64,000 bases of DNA, taken from Eledone cirrhosa (taxonomy: Eukaryota). This document shows, one piece after another, positions 41,621 to 54,653 of the stretch. The notes below the pieces were generated by a model, which was not told the DNA's origin, searched no databases, and saw nothing but the letters and a program-made list of their open reading frames with translations. Where the stretch lies: contig OZ024748.1 of assembly GCA_964016885.1 (NCBI GenBank), positions 18,104,001 to 18,168,000 of the forward strand, in the 5' to 3' direction. Numbering within the stretch: the first letter of the stretch is position 1; every line of letters starts with the position of its first letter. The translations under genes and the position numbers were made by a program.

Positions 41621-42190
41621 AGCTTTAGGCTCTCCAATCTCAACCATTCCTTTTCTATTTTACACAACAGATTTGTTTACATCTCAGAACTTCTGCAATT
41701 GTCAGACTCTGTAGATGTCAACTTATATACTTCGTCTAGTATCATCAATAACAATAAGCTTTAATACAGGGAGTTAACTAGTGGTATTACAGGGAGATAA
41801 CTGCTGTTCAATAGGAAATTAACTGCTAGAAATAGCAGCCAGCTCTTTCTCTAATCATAAACAAACTATTATCCTAAAAAATGGAAAGAACACCAGACAG
41901 ACAGATAGAATGAGAGGTGTTGGTGTTAAGTGGAATTAAATATTAGGTGTTGGTACCTAGAGAGATGCAGTGCTGAAGAGGAGGGTTTGCGAATATTTCT
42001 TAGTTTGGGGTCATACGAGAGATATTTTATATCTATTTTCCATGCTTGCATAATTTAGACGGAGGGGGGGGGAGCTTACTTTTACATCTGGTCTGGACCT
42101 ATCACTATTTTTTACATATTTGGCCTGGACCTATTAAGAGCTGGGGAAGGGGGTTACAGTTTACATTACATCTGGGCTTATTAGCTTTAG

Positions 42191-42373
42191 GGTGGATTGG
42201 CAGTATCGGTAGAGGGTCAGACGCCATGCTTTGCAGCATAGAGTTACGGCCCTTTATGATGAGTTCAAATCCCACCGAGGTTAACTTTGCCTTTCATCCT
42301 TACGTGGTCGTTAAAATAAAGTACCAGTAGTACACTGGGGTAATTGCTGGCTTTGTGCCAAAAGTAGAAACAA
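42191..42373 (+). mobile_element. SINE family A with a 13-bp target-site duplication
   Basis: TTATTAGCTTTAG at 42178-42190 and 42374-42386. Confidence 0.85.
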
Positions 42374-43790
42374 TTATTAGCTTTAGAGGCCTACAACTTA
42401 CATTTGGCCAGGCCATGTTACCAGCTTTGGGGACCACAATTTACATCTGGCATTGGGCCTACATTTTACATCTGGCTTGGAACTGTTACCAGCTTTAAGG
42501 GCCTACAATTTATATCTGCCCTGGGACTATTGCCAGCTTTGCACACACACAGATTAGACTAATACTGTAATTTAATAACAGAAGCAAAACAAAAAACATA
42601 GTGCCACTTAATTTAACTCTTAACATTCTATAATGATTTAGCAAAAAATATCTAAAACGAGGTTTGTTACTTGATATGTTTATAGTACTAGTGGACAGAT
42701 CATTGTGAAATTTTGCAGTATTAAAGACTTGGGTTATTTATGTGATGCGGTTATAGTGCTGTTTTGTACTTTTCAAAAATGTCTTACTAATGTAATTTGG
42801 TTTAGATGTTTATATTATCTTTATCAGTGGACAGATCTACTTTTTTTCGCCCACTTATTCCTGAGAGGGTCATGGGGGAAGAGTCCTAAAACACTCCTTT
42901 CAGAAGCATCCGGCTGGGCCCCCAAAGCGTGACTAGCGAAGCTCATGGATGTTATCAAACCATCTTGCTCTGGGTCTCCTACCAATTGGTTTCGCCAATA
43001 ATCTATCCAGCAATTCTTTCCTGAGATATTCTAACCACATGCCCATAGTATCGTTGTGAAAATTTACAGTATTTGAGTAAAGACTGGTTTTTCATGTGAT
43101 GTAATCATAATGGTGTTTAGTATTTTACAATGTGATACGGGACATAATTCAAGAGCGATAAGTGACAGGAAACACTTCTGTAACTAAGGAAATAATTTGG
43201 TTACATAAAATACTAAACTTACACCCAATCATGGCAGGGGAATTGCACCAGCAGCACTAACTGCAATAATAATACACCAACACCAACAACGACAGCAGTT
43301 GCAGTAATTTAGAATCATGTAGGTATAAACACACAAAAACATTGCAATTATTTCTTTGAAAAAAAAAGAAAAGGTATCTTTCGTAAGTGGTAAACCACGA
43401 AATATTCATAGAGACAGGAGTACCACAAACACGTGTGTGTGTGGATTAATTAACTAGTAAACCTTGTTTTGTTTTCATTGACCAACTTATCTATATGTAT
43501 ATATGTGTGTGTTTATGTATGTATATATGTGTCGATTTCATTGTTTACATTCCGTCTACCACTTCCGAAAGAGCGTCACAAAATAGAAAAAAAAAAAAAA
43601 CGAAAAACATCAATCTTTTTATACAAACTGTATTGTGTGTGTTTGTGTAGAGTTTTGTAATGAGTTAAGGTTGGGGTGGGGTGAATCCCTCAAGTGTTGT
43701 AATGAGTTAAGATCGGGGACGAGAAAAGCACCCTCTCCCTTCAATCCAAATGTAATGAGTAAAGAACAGGGGATAGGACCACCAGCACAA

Positions 43791-44573
43791 TCAAGGATTC
43801 ATTTTAAAGGGGTTTAATTTAGAAAGTAGAGATGATTCTGGAGGTTTACTATTGTCTTCTAAACCTACAGTTCTTAATTTCTCTAGAAGGTTTTTTGTGT
43901 ATAGCTCTTTCAATGGAACGATGGGGTTTTGGGCGGCGTGAATGGCTCTCGCTTTATTAACGGCTTCTCTCACTGACAAACCGACCCATTCAGCTTCTTC
44001 TTCGGGTATAACAAACTCCTTATATTTCTGATAAATTTCCTCCTGTTTTTCTAAGTTGTCCTTCGCAAACGACCTCCTGGCAAGGGCGAGCAAGATATCT
44101 CTTTTCAGTTTCAATCCCAGGTCTGAATGTATGTCAACGTCATGTGTTTTCAGTATGTAATTATCGAATCCATAAGCTTCGTCTATCAACATCTGTGTCC
44201 TCTGTGTAACTGCGATCTCCAGCCATTTCTCTAATATTTCGCTATACAGTGCCCTCTTTTCTATGTTCGGCCGCCAGAGATGCGGAGTTCTAGTTGAGAT
44301 ACGTCTTTTCTTCCTCAATCCATACACCAAACCTTCTCCTCCCCATAAACCAGACTCACTCTCTTTGGGGTATATTATAGGCATGGGAAAGTTGTTGACT
44401 ACCTTAATTTTTTTACCGTTTATCTTCGAGTTGCTTACATAGTCCTCCACCGGCTTCCAGTGAACGGGTATAGGTTGTTTTGCATTAAACTCTTGGCACC
44501 AACGTTTATAAAATTCCGGCAGAATAGCGTCGATTTCTTTAGACCATCGAAAGATTTTGCGGTAACGAAACAT
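43791..44573 (-). CDS. MRPL28: 39S ribosomal protein L28, mitochondrial (bL28m), single coding exon, 260 aa
   Basis: Uninterrupted ORF from ATG at 44573 (MFRYRK...) with PVHWKP, P.IYPKES..GLWGGEG, LWRP...LYSEIL, VT.RT..LIDEAYGFD.YILKT and IPEEEAEWVGLS motifs typical of metazoan MRPL28. Confidence 0.93.
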   Translation of the reverse strand: MFRYRKIFRWSKEIDAILPEFYKRWCQEFNAKQPIPVHWKPVEDYVSNSKINGKKIKVVNNFPMPIIYPKESESGLWGGEGLVYGLRKKRRISTRTPHLWRPNIEKRALYSEILEKWLEIAVTQRTQMLIDEAYGFDNYILKTHDVDIHSDLGLKLKRDILLALARRSFAKDNLEKQEEIYQKYKEFVIPEEEAEWVGLSVREAVNKARAIHAAQNPIVPLKELYTKNLLEKLRTVGLEDNSKPPESSLLSKLNPFKMNP

Positions 44574-45384
44574 AATAATTATTATTATTATTATTATCAC
44601 AGCCAAAAAATAATGGTTTTAAGTTTAGAGGGCAACAAGCATTGCATTCTCTTTCAGACCGGAACTTATACTTTTATTCCGCATTCTGCTTTACACCGGA
44701 ACTGATTTACACCGTATCATTGTCCTCTATGAAAAACAATTATAATTTTTATTATTATTTTTAATTACTGTAATATTTTTAGAACCGATATCATAAATAA
44801 TAGAAATAATTGGAGTAGGATTAATTCTTTTGTTTTGTTCATATAATTTAATTTTCTGACGAAGGTCAAATTATTCCTCCATCTCCCTTCCTCTCTTTTC
44901 TTGTCTCTCCCACTCTTTCTCTCTTCTTATATAACCGAATATTTAACTATCAAGAATAGAATGCAAGGTGTCAATCTTCCTACGAAATTTCTTAATTAAA
45001 CTTTATAAATATTTAATTAAATTATAATTAACATAAATTATTATAAGAAATTATTGAATTTAGGAAATTTGATTCGACTAATTTAAATGATTTTATTAAT
45101 AGGGAAACAAATTAACGAAAGAAAAAAAAACAAACGAAAGTAATTTTGCTGCGTTAAATAACTTATAGGTCTTTTGGTATTGATACTAAATAATAATATT
45201 GTTTTAATTGCAGTTATATATTAACTCTGTTTTAATAATATACTGGGGGAATTACACGTTTATTTCAGTGGAATTCATACAAATAAACATAATTTGCATT
45301 TTTCATTAAAAAGTGGAAGAAGACACGCACCATCAAAGAATGGGGCGCGAGTGTTCCCCTTTGATAAATTTTGTTTGTCAAGTC

Positions 45385-45790
45385 AACAACTGGCAGCATT
45401 GCTAAGAGTGATGGCAAGACTAAGATGCTGAAATAACCAAGTACCCTCACCAGGAGCATCACTTGATACGTCGGCAAAGCAATCCGCCAACAATGACAAG
45501 AACTTCGTTGTCAGCGACCCAGTTACAGCCACCATCTATTAAAAAAACGTCCCGCCTACCACAGACGGGGGGGGGGGGGGGGGGCTAGTTTACCAATTAT
45601 TTATGGTATTTTAAAATTTTATTCCGTTCGACTACTGATGCAATGACATTCACTTTCGCCACAGCATCCAGGATGTGGGAAAGAACGAAAGAGCCGTTGA
45701 CTGTGGTGTCTCAAATGATACAAAGGGTAAAGCCATCTAGCATCTCTTCCCATCAACCTTGGTCAACCTGGCTGGCTCCAGAATTGAGAG
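45385..45790 (-). mobile_element. CRE-clade non-LTR retrotransposon RLE-domain remnant
   Basis: Minus strand reads ILEPARLTKVDGKR..DGFTL and, downstream, WLFQHLSLAITLSNAASC. Confidence 0.6.
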
Positions 45791-45889
45791 GATATTAACT
45801 CGAGGTGGGACCCACTTGATAATTAGGTTCAACCTCGAATATATCTTAATAGGAATAATTTTATTCTTGATGACGATTACACTCACATA

Positions 45890-46530
45890 GGAGTGGCCTA
45901 ATGTCTCAACCTCCGCGTGTGAGCATAAATGCCGTTGCGGGGCGGTCGTTGATAAGTTCGGCGTGCACCCACTGTCTTACCGCCAGAGCGCAAGCCGGTT
46001 CCCCCGACATGCCGCTCTCAACGACATATTGAGAAGGAGCCTGGACGCAGCTGGCTTCCCATCACAATTGGAGCTAGCAGGCATCGACCGCAGAAACGGC
46101 AAGCGTCCGATGGAATTACCCTCTTCCCATTCGAAGGAGGTAGATCCCTCATCAGGGGCACCACATGTTGTGGCATGTTCTCCGTCTCCAGCTTAGTCGC
46201 TTCGGCCACAAACTGCGGTACTGCGGCCTGCAATACAGAGGAAAGGAAGACAAACAAATACCAGGGATTGTTCGGCCACTTTCTCTTTGTACCAGTCGCC
46301 GTTGAGACCTCAGGCGTACTCGGACCCCGTACTGCCGAGCTCCTCCGCAAGATCGGAAAGTCAGCAGCCCGTTTGAGGAAGGAGCCCCCGCGTGGTGGGG
46401 TGACTGTTGCATTGTCCGCGGGGCCCAGCCTCAACACCGCTGAGTCCTAAGTCCAAAGTCCATCACCTCACCCTTTCATTTATGGCTTTCATAGTCCTTT
46501 TCTCTACAGCAAGATTTGCCCTTTCTTACC
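45890..46530 (+). mobile_element. CRE-clade non-LTR retrotransposon remnant (zinc knuckle plus restriction-like endonuclease)
   Basis: CRCGAVVDKFGVHPLS..RFPRHAALNDILRRSL..LELAGIDRRNGKRP(DG) and EERKTNKY..FVPVAVETSGVLGP; frameshifted GC-rich island. Confidence 0.8.
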
Positions 46531-47165
46531 TGTAACATGAATTTGAAAAATATATGTAAACACATTGGTTATAGAGAATGATAAAATTCATAACAATCTT
46601 TCCATTTCCCTTATTTAAAGTATTTTATTACATTATTAATTGTTCACAATTCTTTCAGAATGAAAATATAAATACAAATATAAACACATATAATAGATAC
46701 AATTAACTATTGCTCGGAACCTTACAAATACAACGCACCAAATTATATTCCTAATATAAATGAATTGTTGGATCCTCGTCTGTTCTAGGAAACGACGAGT
46801 GTTCCAGTTGTTTTAACATCGGAGTGACCTGCTCACGAAAGTAGCGTGCAAGTGGCTGAGCGTTCCACAAGCATGTGCACTCTTAGCTTAGTTCTCAGGG
46901 ACATTCAGCGTAACACATGTGTGTGCGACAATGTTCTGAATTACAGGTACACCTCGATGAGTGGGCTGGCGCAAGGAGAAATGAAGTGTAATAAAGATGT
47001 CTTGGGATACAATGCGCCGTTCGGTCAGGGAATCGAAATCACAACTTTTATGATTGAAAGCCCAACAACTTAGTCTACACCTACAATACCCAGTCCTGCT
47101 TTTATATAATATAAACATTGTAAATACAAAAAAATTTCAATGTTTTTGTTTAAAGCAAGGGCCGC

Positions 47166-47214
47166 ATGTATGCCTATCTGTCACATACATTGTATGTGAC
47201 AGATAGGCATACAT
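47166..47214. repeat. Perfect palindrome, 24-bp arms
   Basis: ATGTATGCCTATCTGTCACATACA-T-TGTATGTGACAGATAGGCATACAT. Confidence 0.95.
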
Positions 47215-48105
47215 ACACACATGGCAATAGGGCAATTTTTCAGCAGGGATTTTACACCGTTTTCTTCCTCGGTAACAAAGACAGCTCCACCTCCTCCTCA
47301 TAATAATTATTATTATTATTTACCTTCTGAGTTCAAATCCCGGCGTGTTTTCAACTTTACCTTTTCATCCTTCAGGAGCCGGAGTGAGGGTGTATCGTTA
47401 ATGTACTGGTGTTTAATTAATCGACTGGCTAAATAGACACACTTAAAATGTATGGTCTTGTATTTATGTTAGAAATCGCAATTTTTTTTTTTTTATTTAC
47501 TTTCATCATGCCCCCACCCCGGGAGGTGGTTGTCAGTGAAATAAATTACCAGTCATGCACTGAGGTCGATTTAATCGACTTTCTTCCTCCCCTAAAAATT
47601 ACTGGCCTTGTGCCTAAACCAGAAACTATTATTATTTGTAACTTCCCCTGACCCCACCTCCGATATTTAATAAATGTATGAAATAAAGTACTACGCAGAA
47701 CGAAAAATGAAAGAGAATATTCAGAAGAAAAATAAACTGTTTTTATTTCAAATGAAATAAAAATATAATAAATAATATCAAATTTAAAATTCTGACTTTA
47801 TTTAAACAATAACCTTTACATTATATTTCTCTGCCTGGTTTGTGGTTGTCTATAGCTTGGTAAGGCCGACTTGTTTAATAAAATCTCCAGCATCTTAAAA
47901 AATTTTTTTTTTTTTTTAAAAAGGCAAATTGTATTTAGTATTTTGTTTTAATTTGTTTGGGTTTTTGTTTTTCAACCTCTCCGCGCTGTATTTATTTATA
48001 AAGATTCTTATTTGACAATAACACTTAAATACATACACATAGACACACACCCATAAATATATATATATATATATATATAAACAGAAAAATCAAGTTCTAT
48101 CAATA

Positions 48106-48238
48106 AAAAAAAACATTTATTTCTTTACCACTGTTTCAAAGGAGTTGTACATCCAATTATATATATATGTAATTGGTATATATATAATTGGATGTACAAC
48201 TCCTTTGAAACATTGGTAAAGAAATAAATGTTTTTTTT
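48106..48238. repeat. Fold-back inverted repeat with a TA-rich centre
   Basis: AAAACATTTATTTCTTTACCA(C)TGTTTCAAAGGAGTTGTACATCCAATT and its mirror copy. Confidence 0.92.
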
Positions 48239-51200
48239 AACAACCATATATACATATATATATATATATATGTATATATGGGTGTTATCGCGATCAGTGT
48301 TTTTTTTTTTTTTAGAATTATAATATATTTAGCAATAGCAGACACACACATACATGAAACACACACACATATATATATATATGTATGTGTGTGTGTGTCT
48401 GGCTGTAAATTTTAGGAATGCGAAACAAGAATTCTTAAAGTAGATTTTTTTTTTATCTTATTATTATTTATAATTTATTCAGTTCAACGGCATAATTCTG
48501 GAGTTTCTAGTTGATAAAATATTAAATATACAGTGTCTATATATAAACCTAACAAGAGCCATAACAAACACACGCACTTGTCCATGTGTGTATATTATAA
48601 ATGTGTGTTGATATTTGTATGTGTGTGTGTTGACATTTGTCTATGTGTGTGAGGTGATATTTGCACGTGTGTATTGATATTTGTATGTATATATGTGTGT
48701 GTGTCTTGATATATATGTATGTGTGTGGGTGTGTTTGTATGTTGATATTTGTATTGTGTGGCTTGATTTCACATTTAAACATGGCTGCCCCCATCCAGCT
48801 GTTTCGGTGGTGTCGATGTTTGCAAAGTATTTAACTTATTACAATAATAATAACAACAATAATTATTCTTACATCGATCATATTCTACTCTACCGGCTTA
48901 AATTACCCTCTACTCATAGTTTCGCCAGCTAACACCAATCAAATCTACCACTTTTAACAAGGTACTGTGTTTTCTTTATCTAAACTGTTTATATTATCAC
49001 GTTTGGTGGGGTTGGGGCTTTTTTATTTTCCATTGTTTTACGATTATCTTAACTCTATATATATATTAAAGGTTTATTTTGTCTAGACATAAGGCCTGTG
49101 TGTTATGATAGGCTTTCTTTCTAAATATATAGATAGATATAGTCGACGGCGTTCAATCGTTGTATATTACTGGTACCTATTTTATCCATACTAGCCGGGG
49201 TTTTTTAAGTAGGGATGTAAGACAAGCAATTACACTCGTTATATAAGCTAGTTTGCTCCAAAGGTTCTGTCAGTTTGAGAGAATAAAATAACGATTTATG
49301 GTTTTTAATTAGACATCGGTACACGATATTATGAAAGTAAGAAAGCGATGCGGGTGGGGCAGGGTCATTGACATTGAAGCCAGTTCTTCTCGTACTTAAC
49401 TCTTAACATCCCGTACTTATTTAGAAGAAGAAAATATCAAAAGATATGTTTGTTAATTCAAATGTTTATAGTATCTTTACTAATGAAGCAGATCGTTGTG
49501 GAAATATTTAGTATGAGTGTACAAAAATACTTTAATATATTTTTTTTATGATATAGTAGTGTTTTTGTAGTTTTTGCGAGAAAGTCTTAGCTAACGCGGT
49601 TACATTCATGTGTTAGAGGGTGTTTAAGAGTTAACTTGTCGACCCTGGAACGATGAAAGTCGTTGATGTAGTCTTTTGTAAGATGTGAACTTGGAATGTC
49701 AGGAATGTCAACTCTTTAAATTGCTTTCAATTGTTTAAATAATAATAATTGTTTCTACTATTGGCACAAGGCCAGCAATAATCCAGCACATTACTGGTAC
49801 TTTATTTTATCGACCCCGTAAGGATGAAAGGCAAAGTTAACCTTGGCGGGATTTGAACTCAGAATGGCAAGGGCCGTAAATAATAATTGTTTATTATTTA
49901 TCTATTTATAACCCACACGCACACATTCACACTATATTTTCGTCCGGTGTCGTTCTAATGTTTTCTTTATGTAAACCCTTTGTTGTGAATAAAGAAAGCG
50001 TTGTTATTATGTTTAAATAATAATAATAGTGGTATTTGTATTAGCCACAAAGGGTTTACATTAAAAAAACAGGACGAAAACAGTGTGTTTGTCGATGTGT
50101 GTGTTTTGCGTGCAATAATAATTGTTTCTACTTTTGGCACAAGGCCAGCAATTAACCAGATCGCATTACTGGTACTTTATTTTATCGACCCCGTGAGGAT
50201 GAAAGGCAAAGTTAACCTCAGCGGGATTTGAACAATAATAATGGTCTCTGGTTTTGGTACAGGGTCAGCAATATTTGAAGGTGACGGGTAAATCCGGTTC
50301 TGGTATTTTATTTTATCAACTCTGGAATAATAAAAGGCAAAGTCAGGACCTCGGTACTATTTGTACCCAGGATGTAAAATCCCGGAATAAATACCGCAAA
50401 ACATTTTGTTAGAGGCTCTACCGATTTTTCTTCTAATAATAATTATTATTATTATTGTCTCTACATTTGGCACAAGGCCAGCAATTTGGAAGGAAGGGAA
50501 AAGTCGACTAAATCTACCCCGGTGCGTTATTGGTACTGGGGTCGATTTAAACGACTTTCCCCTCCCCTTCAAATGCTGGCTTTGTGCTTAAAGTAGAAAC
50601 AATTATTATTATTAAGTCAATATATTTGCCACATGTGCTGCGGATCGGGGACATTACAAGGACAAATTATATAAACATAGATAAATATATAAATAATGGT
50701 TTATGAAGAAATCTTGCGTGAGACAATAGACTCAACAAAACAACAATGTTATAATGATATAAAAATAGAGAGAGAGAGAGAAAATATATATTTTGACGTT
50801 TCGTTTCACTTCAAAAACCAGCAATATTTCTTAACCCACCCCCGGGATACCGGTTTTGATTCTATATTAAATTAGTTTCACTTTTCTTCCTTCTTACGTC
50901 ACTAATACTGTTGGGAAATATAATAAATATTTGCCTTTTATTTAATTATTAATTTACCTCTATGGCAGTAAGGGTGTTTTAAGCAATGTGTAATATTGTG
51001 GTTATTGTGGTAGTGGTGGTGGTAGCGGTTATTGTGTTGGTGGTGGTTTCGATCTCCCCCTAGGAAATATTAAAGGCAGTCTTATATACCACCAATTATT
51101 TTTATTTATTTATTTTTTAAATTCTTACTTCGAAAACATAACATTACTCACTATTAATGAAAATATTTCGTCAGCAAGACATTGCGGTGTATATATTGTA

Positions 51201-51800
51201 CATACATGTTAAGATTCCTTCGTCAGATCTCTCACTATATATATATTTTATAAAATATTTCGTCTGCAAGATATTGTGGTGTATATATATATATACACAC
51301 ACACGCGTACTCTATAAAATGTTTCGAATGATTCACCGGATTCATTGCGTATATACAGGTTAGGGTTAGGTTCCTCTCGTTGGCCAGTGTCCGCGTGTGT
51401 CTATGTGTGTATGTACATATATATATATATGTCTGTGTGTGTGTGTGTCTGCCTGGGAGAAAGAGAGAGAGAGCTGAGCATGCTAAATGAATGGTGAGTT
51501 ATTTTCATTTACTTATTTCGAGATATTATCAGTAATAATATGCTCCATAATAATAAATAACTGTGTTTTCAAGCCCTAACATTCAGTTCGTATTACGTCA
51601 CTAAAACTGTTTGGTATAATAAGGTATAATATAAACATCAATAATTTATACTTTATTATATATATATATATATATATATGAGTCGGGGCTCGACAGCTAA
51701 GCTCTTGCCGTTTCAATAGCTAGTTTCAGTTTGAGTTCTGTTAAATAATGGTCTCACTAGTTTAAAATTGTTTTAATCTTGATGTGTGTGTGTATGTATG

Positions 51801-51834
<34 letters not shown>

Positions 51835-53022
51835 TCAAGATATATATACATATACATACTCAGAGAGAGAGACAGGTGGGTTCCCGATGTGTATCGGGAG
51901 GTGCCCACAGTTAGAAAAAGTACTCAATACGTTAGTAGAGTAAAGGCATGTTTATTTTATTATAGAAATGGCTTCTACGGGACTAGAACTGTTTCATTCG
52001 TAAGAAATCATCATATAGAAGTCATTTCTATAATATATATATACAGACATACAGGGTATTCCAAAAAATGTATACATATTTCAGTAGAATGGTGTTGAAG
52101 TGTGTATACATTTTGTTTTAAACACCCTGTATATATATATATAGTTTAATTTTAAACATTTTTCTCTCACTAATAACTCTTTTTTAAGTCAACATGTACC
52201 AAAGTCCTGCAAGATCCGTGGTAAAGAGAGGAAGTGATGTCCCATACATGTTGTGATGTTTTCTTTTCTTTTAATAATAAATCATTTATTTATTTACATA
52301 TACGGATCAACCCCTTGCCGTTCATTCTCCTTTAATTCATTCTATTGTGTACGGCGATTACTGTCTACCGAAAACGAAAGAACAACGATTTATATAATGT
52401 TTATAATTTACAAAAGAAACTAATACATTTTAAACAAAAATATAAAGCCAGAAAGAAGGTGGTGAGGAAAAATATATACACACACAACTACACACTGTAT
52501 TACCACATACACATTATATTACGACTTACACACACTGTATTACCTCACACACAATTACTATATTACCACATACGCACACATTATATTACGACACACACAC
52601 AATTACACACTATATTACTGCACACGCTATATTACCACACACACTACACACTACTATACCTCATACTAGTTTACCATCTATCCGATCTTCTATTGCAATT
52701 GGCCTCAGAGGGCATGTAGCACAGTGGTTAAATTGTTAGATAGAACCTCATAAGAGACCAGCTAAAGCTTTGTAGTTGTGAGCTGTGACAGCTACACACC
52801 AGAGCTGGAGCCCCATCTTTGAAATACCCAAGAAATCTCTTATGAGATACAACCTTGTATGAAGCCAGCTAAACCTACATATGTAAGAGCTGTGACAACA
52901 TACATGTGCACGAATGTGATAGGATTGGCGACCCTATTGTTAAAATCCTGAGAAATCTCCTATGAGATACAACCTTGTAGGAGTCCAGTTAAATCTAAAT
53001 AGGTCTGAGCTCTTACAACAAC

Positions 53023-53053
<31 letters not shown>

Positions 53054-53139
53054 ATAAGAATGGATCCCTACCGTTAAAATACCCAAGAGACCTCTAAAGA
53101 GAAACAGCCTGATAGGAATCCAGCTAACCCTACACTGTG

Positions 53140-53362
53140 CAACGCCTAAGGTTTGCTTGGTCACTGCTTCCACACAAAAGATGAGATGGTTTCAGACCTC
53201 TTATGGGACATCTCAGATAGAAGAAAGCTCAGATACCAGAATACCTTAGCAAAAGACACTGGAATTGACAAGGATTACCTACAAACCTTGATGGGAAATA
53301 GAGACTGTTGGCTTGAGGTTGTGCTTGCTGTCTCACCTTAGGGCGATGATTAAGATAAGATG
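53140..53362 (+). mobile_element. RTE-like LINE 3' remnant
   Basis: QRLRFA/GHCFHTKDEMVSDLLW...TLAKDTG...LMGNRDCW with a frameshift. Confidence 0.6.
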
Positions 53363-53865
53363 TAAACTTTGACAACATATGTATACATGTGTATGATACA
53401 AATGGATCCCCTATCATTTAAACACCCAGGAAACTTCCTGTGAGATACAACCTAGTAGGAGTCCAGCTAAACCTACACCTACATACATAGGTGTGTGCAT
53501 GATAGGTTGGATCCTCTATTGTTAAAACACCCAGGAAACCTCCTATGAGATGCAACCATGTAGGAAGCCAACTAAACCTACATACATAAGAGATGTATCA
53601 ACATATATATGCTTGTATGACTTGGGGCCCTATCATTAAAATACCCAAGAGACCGTTTGACATACAGTTTTGTAGGAGGCCAGCTAAATCTACATAGTTG
53701 TGAGCTATGACAACAACATACATATGTGTGTGTATGATAGGAATGGGGCCTCTATCATTAAAACACCCAAGAAACCTCCTATGAAATACAACCTACATAG
53801 GTGTGAGCTGTAACAACATATGTATGCAGGTATATGATAGGTTTGAGGTCTCCTTTCATTAAAAT

Positions 53866-53985
53866 CTGTACACTGTTCATTTTCCTGACATTTGTACATT
53901 ATTCTATGTACTATACATGCACCTTTGATGAGTTGTAGTGCACCTGAGCACTGTACACAATAATTTCATTATTATTATTATTATT
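53866..53985 (+). mobile_element. Retroelement 3' tail with (ATT)n (minus-strand copies ~4315-4375, ~29420-29525, ~29545-29660)
   Basis: TACACTGTTCATTTTCCTGACATTTGTAC...GTGCACCTGAGCACTGTACACAATAATTTC(ATT)n, wholly or partly, at four places in the window. Confidence 0.65.
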
Positions 53986-54022
53986 AAAACATCCAAGAAA
54001 CCTACAATGAGATACAACCTCA

Positions 54023-54251
54023 TTAACCCTTTAGCATTTAAACTGGCCATATCTGGCCAGAATTCTCTCACCTCTTTCTGTTCAAACCGGCTGTAACTGG
54101 CTGCTCATACTAATGTTAAAGTATTGTTCTCAAAATAAATAATATCAAAATCTCATAGATTCGATATTATGTGAGATAATTACGTGAAGTAAAGCCTTTA
54201 CTGCGAAAATACAATAGTAAATATAGAGTAACGTAAATGCTAAAGGGTTAA
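54023..54251. mobile_element. piggyBac-type MITE
   Basis: TTAA-CCCTTTAGCATTTA...TAAATGCTAAAGGG-TTAA. Confidence 0.85.
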
Positions 54252-54395
54252 ACCTACATAGGTGTAAGCTGTTGTAAGTTTCATTTTATTTTATTTCATT
54301 TCAGATTGTTTCACTGTTGAACCTTCTTCGCTGAACTCAACACTTTTTAGTGACACATCAACAGACAGCTTCTTATATATTCAACTACAACCAAA

Positions 54396-54653
54396 ATGAT
54401 GAGGGAAATAGTGAAGAACCTTGCTGTGATGATGTCCACAATGGTAGCCGTCCCTTATACAATAGCTATCCTGTGTAACCTGCTGTATGGTTGGCCACTG
54501 TCCAGACAACGCTTAAAGGATTCCCTAAGTCTGAAGAAGGTTTTTGCCTTAAACTACGCAGTCTGGCAACAGATGAAGCTTTTCAAATACTTCACCATCT
54601 ACATTAGACTGAAGTTCTTTTATAAATATTCCCATTCCTCTTGGGTAATAAAG
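54396..54653 (+). CDS. ICME-like alpha/beta-hydrolase, coding exon 1 (N-terminal hydrophobic segment)
   Basis: Acceptor TTTCAG ends 54304; AAAATGA start; 86 codons to donor AAG|GTATGT, phase 0, joining the next exon as WVIK-NIAYG. Confidence 0.75.

Larger units (their letters stand above)
52745..54020. repeat. Degenerate ~110-bp tandem repeat hosting LINE insertions
   Basis: Recurring AAACACCCA(A/G)GAAACCTCCTATGAGATACAACC..CCAGCTAAACCTACA. Confidence 0.75.

Noticed and set aside
44574-44606. N-terminal MAVIIIIIIII extension of MRPL28 in the ORF track
   Set aside because: Non-ATG start followed by an (AAT)n microsatellite; the first in-frame ATG is at 44573.
51356-51372. GGTTAGGGTTAGG interstitial telomere
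   Set aside because: Only about two units.
51680-51740. Minus-strand GAAACGGC...GCTGTC stem III-like motif
   Set aside because: Upstream reads CTGAAAC rather than CTGANGA; no stem II.
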